From Candidatus Hydrothermarchaeum profundi (lineage in GTDB: Archaea > Hydrothermarchaeota > Hydrothermarchaeia > Hydrothermarchaeales > Hydrothermarchaeaceae), in NCBI GenBank assembly GCA_002011125.2, contig MTMF02000009.1:904989-968988 (forward strand): DNA of 64,000 nucleotides. Reading direction: 5' to 3'. Shown here piece after piece: positions 47,640 to 55,957 of the stretch. The translations under genes were made by a program, and so were the position numbers. Below the pieces are notes generated by a model. That model was not told where the DNA came from, made no database searches, and was given only the letters and a program-made list of their open reading frames with translations. Each line of letters opens with the position of its first letter. Position 1 is the first letter of the stretch.

Positions 47640-48794
47640 GTGAAACCATTCATAATTGGCATTGGAAGAGCAGGTTGTAGAATAGCGAACTTACTCCTAA
47701 CCAAGGGGTACAATGGTATCCTAGCAGATACAGAAAAGTCGGATTTACTCTTTTTTCCTTATAGATACAAAATCTTGTTAGGGGAAAAAATACTAGATGG
47801 AAATGGCACTGGCGGGGATATCGATATTGGAAGAGAAGTACTCGAATTAGAAAAATATAACATCATAGATCGTATCGACTCAATCAAAGATTCTATGGAT
47901 TGCATCTTTGTGATATCTGCGATGGGAGGTGGAACTGGAGGCGCGGTCGATATCCTCATAGATGAACTTAAGAAAAGTTATATGGAGCCTATTTATTATG
48001 CTGGAGTGCTTCCTTCCGTAGAGGACCCCTCTGAAATATTGGCTAATTTTTCAGATAATCTAAAGCGAATTGCGCCAATGAGCCATGGTTTTCTCCCGAT
48101 AGACAATGACCACATCAAGGGAAAAATGAGACTAAGAGGATGGTATAATCATATAAATAGCAAGATTTCAAGGTACCTACTCGACCTCTTCAAGGTTGGG
48201 GATTATAGATCTAGGGATGAGTTAGGTGAAAATGTTTTGGGAACAACAGATGTAATTAATACCTTTAAGGGTATCAGTAGTATTGGTATAGGACTTCATG
48301 AAGTTAAGGATGAGGGATTTGGATTCTTTAGACATACGAGTAGTGAAGATAAGCCTGAAATTGTTATCGCTTTAACAGAGAAGGCTGTAAGTAATACATT
48401 AATTTCGGTTGATATCTCTGAAACGAGAAAGGCTCTAGTCGTAGTTTATGGCCCGAGAAAGTACCTTGACTTTTTAGGAAGTATCCCCGCAAGATTATGG
48501 GTTGAAAAAAATATAGGTGGAGTAGAAGTGAGAGGAGGCGACATACCTTGGTCTGAGAAAAAAGACTTAGAGGTCATGGTACTACTCTCAGCTATCAAAA
48601 AAAATGATAGGCTTAAGTATCTCTACCAGCTGGGGAAGATTCAGAAAAATCGAGACGAATATATAGATAAAATAACCAAACTATACGATAAGCTCAAAAA
48701 CATGGAATCTAAGTTTATAGAGATTGAAGAGGATTTTAAGGAGATATATGAAGACTTAAAGAAAATAGAGGAACCGCGAGAAGAGTCATCTTAA
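47640..48794 (+). CDS. Third tubulin/FtsZ (CetZ-like) paralogue with C-terminal coiled coil
   Basis: G.GRAG..IA, G.GTGGD, MGGGTGG, DN, D+INT, EVRGGD.P; acidic heptad tail. Confidence 0.8.
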   Translation: MKPFIIGIGRAGCRIANLLLTKGYNGILADTEKSDLLFFPYRYKILLGEKILDGNGTGGDIDIGREVLELEKYNIIDRIDSIKDSMDCIFVISAMGGGTGGAVDILIDELKKSYMEPIYYAGVLPSVEDPSEILANFSDNLKRIAPMSHGFLPIDNDHIKGKMRLRGWYNHINSKISRYLLDLFKVGDYRSRDELGENVLGTTDVINTFKGISSIGIGLHEVKDEGFGFFRHTSSEDKPEIVIALTEKAVSNTLISVDISETRKALVVVYGPRKYLDFLGSIPARLWVEKNIGGVEVRGGDIPWSEKKDLEVMVLLSAIKKNDRLKYLYQLGKIQKNRDEYIDKITKLYDKLKNMESKFIEIEEDFKEIYEDLKKIEEPREESS

Positions 48795-49232
48795 TTTCAT
48801 CAACATTTCGGTGATGTTATCAAGAGTCTGTATCAAGTCATCTATGTAGTGGGGAAGCACATCCCGGATTGTAACAATACCTACAAGCCTGCTCCCCTCT
48901 ACAACAGGCAGTCTTCTTATACCTTTTTTTATCATTAGAGCCGCAGCATCACCTAAATCGGAGTTTTTATCGATAGAGATAATAGGCGTGGTCATTATAC
49001 TTGTAATACTGTCGTTTAAATCCCTCTGTCTAGCGATAACTTTTTTTAGAAAATCTTTTTCGGTTACAATGCCTACCGGAGAGTTATCTTCTATGATAAT
49101 GATACACCCAATATCATTTTCATCCATTTTCTTAGCGGCTTCGAGTAAAGAGGCGTGGCTTGAAATAGTAACTACCTCTTTTACCATTATCTTCTCAATC
49201 GTTGAATTTTTGACAAGCAATTCAGTATTCAT
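48786..49232 (-). CDS. CBS-domain protein
   Basis: Two CBS repeats (IM...V.TI, GIVTE.D, IRRLPVV, GIVT.RD). Confidence 0.88.
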   Translation of the reverse strand: MNTELLVKNSTIEKIMVKEVVTISSHASLLEAAKKMDENDIGCIIIIEDNSPVGIVTEKDFLKKVIARQRDLNDSITSIMTTPIISIDKNSDLGDAAALMIKKGIRRLPVVEGSRLVGIVTIRDVLPHYIDDLIQTLDNITEMLMKLR

Positions 49233-49368
49233 ATCATCAGTAAGCTAAGGTATTAACTGCTCCATGATATAAACTTTTTGAGAAGAATCTAACTCAACTA
49301 AATTACTCTAGTTACTATTCAGGTACTTAGTAAACTCATTTTAATATTTTTATATTTTTTCAGAAATC

Positions 49369-49402
49369 TTTATAAGGTTAAAAGGAATTCCCTCAAAGGA
49401 GG
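49369..49402 (+). promoter_or_regulatory. TATA box plus SD of the leuA leader
   Basis: TTTATAAG at 49369 and GGAGG at 49398; same 29-nt offset as in the cimA leader. Confidence 0.7.
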
Positions 49403-49409
49403 AAAAAAT

Positions 49410-49442
49410 ATGAAAGGACGGGATTACGTTCTACATGATTAA
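49410..49442 (+). other. Leader ORF MKGRDYVLHD* upstream of leuA (leuA in +1 frame)
   Basis: GGAGG-7nt-ATG; leuA frame open from 49414; Leu codon CTA at 49431. Confidence 0.65.
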
Positions 49443-50967
49443 CAAGTCTAGGAAGGGTATGAATCTCCCAAAATCTGTTAAGATTTTTGATACTACGTTG
49501 AGGGATGGGGAACAGACGCCCAGTGTGGCATTAACGGTTGGAGAAAAAGTTACGATTGCTAGACAGCTTGATAAGCTTGGAGTAGATATAATAGAAGCAG
49601 GTTTTCCTATCTCTTCAAAGGGAGAAAAAAAAGCTGTTTCGAAAATAGCTGAAGAAGGATTGACTTCAAAGGTATGTGGCTTATCTAGAGTGTTAACCAA
49701 TGATATAGACGCTTGCTTAGACTGCGATGTTGACATGGTTCATACGTTTGTATCTACCTCAGATATTCAACTTGAGCACACACTGAAGAAAAGCAAAGAA
49801 GAAGTTCTGCAGATGGCTGTAAACGCCGTTTCCTATATCAAAGATCATGGAGTAGAATGTCTTTTCTCCGCAATGGATGCGACTAGAACTGATGTAGATT
49901 ATTTGATTAAAATTTATAAAGCTGTGGAAGAGGCTGGGGCGGACATAATAAACATACCTGATACAGTGGGAGTCATGATTCCTCCAGCTATGAGACTTTT
50001 GACTAGTGAGGTATATAACGCAGTAAAAATACCGATTGATGTACATTGCCATAATGATTTTGGCCTTGCTGTGGCTAATAGTCTAGCAGCGGTTGAAGCT
50101 GGGGCTAGTGAGGTGCAGTGTACCATTAATGGTTTAGGTGAAAGGGCAGGAAACGCGGACTTAGAGGAGATTGTAATGAGCCTTACCTCAATTTATGGAG
50201 TAAAGACAAATATTAAGACCCAGTATCTGTTTGAGACTTCCAAGCTTGTAGAAAGACTTACGGGTGTAAAGATGCCTCCTAACTTCCCTATAGTAGGGGA
50301 AAACGCATTTTCTCATGAATCAGGTATCCATACACATGGAGTGATTTCCAAAGCAGAAACGTTTGAGCCGGGGCTTATGACCCCTGAGATGGTAGGCCAT
50401 AAGCGAAGAATAGTTTCAGGAAAACATGCAGGAACGCATGGAGTGTTAGCAATGCTAGAAGAAATGGGGGTCAAAGTGAATGAAGAAATGCTCAGAGAAA
50501 TTACAATGAGAGTGAAGGACTTAGGTGACAAGGGTAAGCGTGTTACTGACGCTGATCTCAAAGCTATAGCTGAAGCGGTTATGGGAGAAGTCGAAAAAGA
50601 AAAGAAAATAGTTGACTTGAAGGAGTTAGCGGTGATGACGGGGAATATGGTACTTCCTACTGCTAGTGTGAAATTGAGATTTAAAGACAAAGAGTTAGTT
50701 GGTGCGGATATTGGAGTTGGACCCGTGGATGCAGCTCTTAATGCAGTAAGAAGAGTTGTAAAAGGTGTTGAGGATATTAAACTTACAGAATATAATCTAG
50801 AGGCTATAACTGGGGGGTCAGATGCTCTTGCGGAAGTCCTAGTGAAATTGGAAGATAGCAAGGGAAATGTTGTAACTGGTAGAGCAGCTAGAGAGGATAT
50901 CGTAATGGCGTCTGTAGAGGCAATGATATCCGGGATAAATAGGATTTTCTTATTAAGAGAAAAATAG
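49435..50967 (+). CDS. leuA: 2-isopropylmalate synthase (archaeal LeuA type); true N-terminus uncertain
   Basis: DTTLRDGEQTP, IEAGFP, AGADIINIPDTVGVMIP, HCHNDFG, GERAGN, HESGIH, C-terminal regulatory domain. Confidence 0.82.
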   Translation: MINKSRKGMNLPKSVKIFDTTLRDGEQTPSVALTVGEKVTIARQLDKLGVDIIEAGFPISSKGEKKAVSKIAEEGLTSKVCGLSRVLTNDIDACLDCDVDMVHTFVSTSDIQLEHTLKKSKEEVLQMAVNAVSYIKDHGVECLFSAMDATRTDVDYLIKIYKAVEEAGADIINIPDTVGVMIPPAMRLLTSEVYNAVKIPIDVHCHNDFGLAVANSLAAVEAGASEVQCTINGLGERAGNADLEEIVMSLTSIYGVKTNIKTQYLFETSKLVERLTGVKMPPNFPIVGENAFSHESGIHTHGVISKAETFEPGLMTPEMVGHKRRIVSGKHAGTHGVLAMLEEMGVKVNEEMLREITMRVKDLGDKGKRVTDADLKAIAEAVMGEVEKEKKIVDLKELAVMTGNMVLPTASVKLRFKDKELVGADIGVGPVDAALNAVRRVVKGVEDIKLTEYNLEAITGGSDALAEVLVKLEDSKGNVVTGRAAREDIVMASVEAMISGINRIFLLREK

Positions 50968-50994
50968 TTTTCAAATGTTAATCTGAGCCATAGG

Positions 50995-51028
50995 TTTATA
51001 TATTCTAGTCGATTTAATCTTCAGGAGG
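50995..51028 (+). promoter_or_regulatory. TATA box plus SD of the cimA leader
   Basis: TTTATATA at 50995 and GGAGG at 51024. Confidence 0.7.
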
Positions 51029-51036
51029 AGAAAAAA

Positions 51037-51072
51037 ATGAAAGAACTAAAAGTGGGGGATCGCTTTATTTGA
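51037..51072 (+). other. Leader [14 protein letters not shown] upstream of cimA (cimA in +1 frame)
   Basis: GGAGG-8nt-ATG; cimA frame open from 51050; Ile codon ATT at 51067. Confidence 0.65.
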
Positions 51073-51082
51073 TCCTAAGGAA

Positions 51083-52642
51083 ATGCCTAAGGAAGTCAAA
51101 ATCTACGATACCACTCTTAGAGATGGGGCGCAATCAGAGAATATATCTTTTTCATTAGAGGACAAGTTGCGCATAGCCAAGAAACTAGATGATCTTGGCA
51201 TACATTATATTGAGGGGGGGTGGCCTGGATCAAATCCAAAAGATATGGAGTTTTTTAGAAAGGTTAAGAAATTAAATCTCAAAGCTAAAATTGTCCCATT
51301 CGGTAGTACGAAAAGGGCAGACAGCAGCGTTGAAAAAGATCGAAACCTGAGAGCCCTTCTAGAGACCAATATGAAGACTGTTTGTATATTCGGTAAGACT
51401 TGGGACCTTCATGTAAGACATGTCCTCGGTACCGGACTTGACAAAAACTTGAAGATGATTGAGGAGTCGATAGAATACCTTAAGTCGAAAGACCTTGAGG
51501 TAATATTTGATGCAGAGCACTTTTTTGATGCCTATATTAGCAATTCTTTATATGCGATTGAAGCTTTGAAGGCTGCTAGAGAAGCGAATTGTATCGTGCT
51601 TTGTGATACTAATGGTGGAAGTATCCCCTTTGAGATCCAGCGGATAATAAGGGAGGTAAAAAAGCACATTAAGACACCGTTGGGAATTCATGCCCATAAT
51701 GATTCTGATATGGCGGTTGCAAATAGTATAATCGCAGTTCGCACGGGCGTAATTCAAGTCCAGGGAACAATTAATGGCTTTGGTGAACGTTGTGGTAATG
51801 CGAATCTATGTTCTATAATTCCAAATTTGAAGTTAAAGTTGGGAATAAACTGCATAACAGATGAGCAGCTTAAAAAATTAACTAGCGTCTCTAGGTTCGT
51901 AAGCGAGATTGCGAATGTGAGTTTGCCCACTAATATGCCGTATGTAGGGGAAAGTGCTTTTGCACATAAGGGAGGCGTACATGTTGACGCTGTACTAAAG
52001 AAGGCGGAGACTTATGAACATGTTAAGCCCGAATTGGTGGGGAACTATAGAAGAATCTTAGTTTCAGAACTTGCTGGAAAAAGCACCATATTAGTCAAGG
52101 CTAGGGAATACGGTTTAGATTTAAAGAAGGATACCCCTGAAACTAGAAAAATATTAGAGAAACTAAAAGAAATGGAGAATCAAGGATATCAGTTCGAAGG
52201 GGCAGAAGCTAGCTTTGAGTTGCTAATGAAAAAGGCGTTAGGGACGTATAAAAGTTTTTTTGAGATGAAAGGTTTTAAAGTGATAGTGGATGCTAGAGAT
52301 GGGGAGCTAATCGCAGAAGCAACGGTTAAAGTAAGAGTAGATGGAAAGGAAGAACACACAGCGGCAGAAGGAAATGGTCCAGTAAATGCTTTGGATAATG
52401 CATTGAGGAAAGCCTTAGAAAAATTCTATCCGGTGTTAAAGGAAGTCCGTTTATCTGATTATAAAGTTAGGGTATTGGACGAAAAGAGGGGAACAGGCGC
52501 CAAGGTTAGGGTACTGATCCAGTCTAGGGATGATAAGTCTTCTTGGGGAACTGTAGGTGTTTCCGAGAACATAATAGAGGCGAGTTGGATTGCTCTCTCT
52601 GATAGCATAGATTATAAGCTAATGAAAGAATTATCTCCGTAA
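51083..52642 (+). CDS. cimA: Citramalate synthase (bacterial TIGR00977-type); true N-terminus uncertain
   Basis: [51 protein letters not shown]. Confidence 0.85.
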   Translation: MPKEVKIYDTTLRDGAQSENISFSLEDKLRIAKKLDDLGIHYIEGGWPGSNPKDMEFFRKVKKLNLKAKIVPFGSTKRADSSVEKDRNLRALLETNMKTVCIFGKTWDLHVRHVLGTGLDKNLKMIEESIEYLKSKDLEVIFDAEHFFDAYISNSLYAIEALKAAREANCIVLCDTNGGSIPFEIQRIIREVKKHIKTPLGIHAHNDSDMAVANSIIAVRTGVIQVQGTINGFGERCGNANLCSIIPNLKLKLGINCITDEQLKKLTSVSRFVSEIANVSLPTNMPYVGESAFAHKGGVHVDAVLKKAETYEHVKPELVGNYRRILVSELAGKSTILVKAREYGLDLKKDTPETRKILEKLKEMENQGYQFEGAEASFELLMKKALGTYKSFFEMKGFKVIVDARDGELIAEATVKVRVDGKEEHTAAEGNGPVNALDNALRKALEKFYPVLKEVRLSDYKVRVLDEKRGTGAKVRVLIQSRDDKSSWGTVGVSENIIEASWIALSDSIDYKLMKELSP

Positions 52643-52704
52643 GATTTATAACATTTGCAGGGTTTACCTTCTAAATCAAATCAATTCTAAAGGGTTGTTC
52701 TAAT

Positions 52705-54384
52705 ATGAAAATGAAAGGTGCAGAAGCCATTGTCAAAGCATTGGAGAAAGAAGGAGTAGAAGTCATGTTCGGGATACCTGGGGGAGCCTCTATACCAATA
52801 TACGATGTACTCTACGATTCAAGCATCCGGCACATTCTAACGAGACATGAGCAGGCGGCTGCTCATGCTGCTGATGGGTATGCCAGAGTAAGCGGTAAAG
52901 TTGGTGTTTGCTCCGCTACTTCTGGTCCAGGAGCTACGAATCTTACTACTGGCTTAGTTAATGCATATATGGATTCATATCCTGTGGTTGCTATAACTGG
53001 GCAAGTAGCAACCATTTTCATAGGGAAGGACGCTTTTCAGGAAGCAGATACTATTGGAATTACAATGTCAGCTACTAAGCATAACTTTCAGCTTAGATCG
53101 GTAGAAGAGATTCCGACTGTAGTAAAAAATGCTTTCACGATAGCTAGCACAGGTAGACCTGGTCCAGTATTAATAGATGTTCCAAAAGATATACAGGAAA
53201 AAGAGGGGGATATTAAATTTCCAAAAAAAGCAGAGATTATAGGCTATAAACCAACCTTGAAAGGTCATCCTAGACAAATTAAAAAAGCAGCTGAACTACT
53301 TTTGAATGCTGAAAGACCGATTATACTCGCTGGAGGAGGCGTAATATTATCTGGCGCGACAGATGAATTGCGTAGGTTGTCTGACCTTTTAGGTATTCCT
53401 GTTGCTACAACTCTAATGGGTAAGGGTTCATTCCCTGAGGACCATCCACTGGCTTTAGGTATGGTAGGGATGCATGGTAGAAAAGCTGCTAATTATGCTA
53501 TAAATGATGCCGACGTACTATTAGCCATTGGATGCAGATTTTCCGATAGGACTACAGGTCTAGTAAGCTGTTTTGCTCCTGAAGCGTATATTATCCATGT
53601 AGACATAGATCCGGCTGAAATAGGGAAAAACGTCAATGTGCACCTACCGATTGTAGGCGATGCCAAGCAGGTATTAAAAGATTTACTGAAATTTTTGAGA
53701 GAGAAAATAAGGAAAGGACATGAGACTGAGTGGATGCGTAAGGTTATGGAATACAAAAAAGAGTTCCAGCCTAAAATGGACTATAAGGATGTACCGTTAA
53801 AGCCTCAGAAGGTCGTAAAAGAGATAATGGACACTATTGGGGAAGACGATATTGTGGTTACAGAAGTAGGTCAATGTCAAATGTGGGCCGCTCATTATCT
53901 AGCTAGGACTAAACCCAAAACTTTTATTTCCTCGGGTGGCCTTGGGACGATGGGCTTCGGTTTTCCTGCGTCAATGGGAGCTAAGATAGCTAAGCCGGAT
54001 GTTAATGTCATAGATATAGCTGGAGATGGAAGTTTCTTGATGAACTGTCAGGAATTAGCGACGGTTGTTGAAAATGATATTCCTGTTGTCGTAGCAGTAT
54101 TGGATAACCACTATTTGGGAATGGTGCGTCAGTGGCAGGAGCTATTTTACAATAGGAGATATTCGGCCGTTGACTTAGGTAATACGCCTGACTTTGTAAA
54201 ACTTGCTGAGGCATTTGGGGCCAAAGGTATCCGAGTTGAAAATCCTGAGGAAATCGGGCCTGCGGTAAAAGATGCTTTTGAATCTGGGAGGCCTACTGTA
54301 TTAGATATAATAGTGAATCCGGAGGAGAACATATTCCCAATGGTTCCTCCTGGAAGGTGTTTAAAGGATATTATTGAGGGGTGA
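52705..54384 (+). CDS. ilvB: Acetolactate synthase large subunit
   Basis: RHEQ.A.H.ADGYAR, TSGPGATN, GMHG, SGGLGTMG, GDGSF.MN, GMVRQWQ. Confidence 0.93.
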   Translation: MKMKGAEAIVKALEKEGVEVMFGIPGGASIPIYDVLYDSSIRHILTRHEQAAAHAADGYARVSGKVGVCSATSGPGATNLTTGLVNAYMDSYPVVAITGQVATIFIGKDAFQEADTIGITMSATKHNFQLRSVEEIPTVVKNAFTIASTGRPGPVLIDVPKDIQEKEGDIKFPKKAEIIGYKPTLKGHPRQIKKAAELLLNAERPIILAGGGVILSGATDELRRLSDLLGIPVATTLMGKGSFPEDHPLALGMVGMHGRKAANYAINDADVLLAIGCRFSDRTTGLVSCFAPEAYIIHVDIDPAEIGKNVNVHLPIVGDAKQVLKDLLKFLREKIRKGHETEWMRKVMEYKKEFQPKMDYKDVPLKPQKVVKEIMDTIGEDDIVVTEVGQCQMWAAHYLARTKPKTFISSGGLGTMGFGFPASMGAKIAKPDVNVIDIAGDGSFLMNCQELATVVENDIPVVVAVLDNHYLGMVRQWQELFYNRRYSAVDLGNTPDFVKLAEAFGAKGIRVENPEEIGPAVKDAFESGRPTVLDIIVNPEENIFPMVPPGRCLKDIIEG

Positions 54385-54387
54385 AGA

Positions 54388-54879
54388 ATGATGGAGGAAT
54401 CTCATATTCTAACTGCTCTGGTGGAAGATAGACCCGGTGTTATGCAAAGAGTTTCCGGTCTTTTCAGAAAGAGAAATTTCAATATAGATAGCATCTCTGT
54501 CGGGCATTCAGAAAAGAAAGGAGTTTCCAGAATGACCCTTACGGTTACAGGGGATGATAAAGTATTAGAACAGGTGATAAAACAGCTTAATAAGCTAGTG
54601 GAAGTTATAAAGGTATCTAAGATTGATAAGAGCGACTGTGTTGCCCGTGAACTTGCTTTGGTCAAGGTTGTAACTAAGAGTGAGAATATACGAGCTGAGA
54701 TCGTTCAGTATGCTAACATTTTTCGGGGAAGGATAGTAGATGTTAGGAAAGACTCCTTAATTGTTGAAATCACTGGAGATAGTGCTAAAATCGATGCTTT
54801 TGAAAAGCTAATGGAGTCTTATGGAATAAAGGAGTTGGCTAGAACCGGTATAACTGCGATGACCAGGAGTTCGAAATAA
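54388..54879 (+). CDS. ilvH: Acetolactate synthase small subunit
   Basis: ACT domain, GLFR.R.FNI.S+, KQL.KL+.V, REL.L+KV, E+ARTG. Confidence 0.92.
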   Translation: MMEESHILTALVEDRPGVMQRVSGLFRKRNFNIDSISVGHSEKKGVSRMTLTVTGDDKVLEQVIKQLNKLVEVIKVSKIDKSDCVARELALVKVVTKSENIRAEIVQYANIFRGRIVDVRKDSLIVEITGDSAKIDAFEKLMESYGIKELARTGITAMTRSSK

Positions 54880-54891
54880 GGAGGAAATAAA

Positions 54892-55869
54892 ATGATCTAT
54901 TATGATAAGGATGTGAAATTAGATATTCTTAAAGATAAAACTATAGCAGTTATTGGTTATGGCATTCAAGGGGCGGCCCAGTCACAATGTATGCAGGACT
55001 CAGGGCTAGATGTTGTAGTTGGTCTCAGAGAGGGTGGCCCCTCTTGGAAAAGAGCAGTTAAGGATGGGATGAGGGCTCTACCGATATCTGATGCTGCTAA
55101 GAGGGGAGATGTAGTTCATATCCTCATTCCAGACGAGATACAATCCAAAGTATACTACGAGCATATCCATGAAAATTTAGAAGAAGGTAACGCCTTAAGT
55201 TTCTCGCATGGATTTAATATTAGGTTTAACCAGATAGTTCCCCCAGAAAATGTGGATGTTATCATGGTGGCTCCTAAGGGTCCTGGGGCTATGGTCAGGA
55301 GGGAATATTTGTCTGGATCTGGCGTTCCCGCTTTGATCGCTGTTGAGCAGGATTACACGAAAAATGCTAAAGAAAAAGCTCTAGCTATGGCAAAGGCGAT
55401 CGGGGCAACTAGAGTTGGTGTTCTGGAGACTACTTTTGCTGAGGAGACCGAAACAGACTTATTTGGTGAGCAAGTTGATCTATGCGGTGGTTCTGCGGAG
55501 CTTGTGAAGGCTGCTTTCGAAACACTTGTGGAGGCAGGATATCAGCCGGAGATTGCATATTTTGAGTGCATGCATGAGTTAAAATTGATTGTTGATTTAT
55601 ACTATAAACAAGGTATTGAAGGAATGTGGAGGAATGTCTCTAACACAGCAGAATATGGTGGGAGAACGAGAGGCCCCAGAATAATTTCGCCTGAAGTGAA
55701 AAAGAATATGAAGGCTATATTGCGAGATATTCAGTCAGGAGCTTTTGCAAAGGAATGGGTCCTTGAAAACCAGGCTGGAGCTCCAATTTTGAATAGCCTA
55801 CGTAAAAGAGGAAAAGAGCATCCTATCGAAAAAGTCGGCAAAAAACTTAGAAAAATGATGAACCTGTAA
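54892..55869 (+). CDS. ilvC: Ketol-acid reductoisomerase
   Basis: [44 protein letters not shown]. Confidence 0.94.
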   Translation: MIYYDKDVKLDILKDKTIAVIGYGIQGAAQSQCMQDSGLDVVVGLREGGPSWKRAVKDGMRALPISDAAKRGDVVHILIPDEIQSKVYYEHIHENLEEGNALSFSHGFNIRFNQIVPPENVDVIMVAPKGPGAMVRREYLSGSGVPALIAVEQDYTKNAKEKALAMAKAIGATRVGVLETTFAEETETDLFGEQVDLCGGSAELVKAAFETLVEAGYQPEIAYFECMHELKLIVDLYYKQGIEGMWRNVSNTAEYGGRTRGPRIISPEVKKNMKAILRDIQSGAFAKEWVLENQAGAPILNSLRKRGKEHPIEKVGKKLRKMMNL

Positions 55870-55957
55870 TTCTTTTAATCTTCTTACTTTGGAGAAAGCT
55901 ACCTTCCTTTTATGGCATGACATATGATTATATATCGCTAGTAGCAACTCTTATAAT

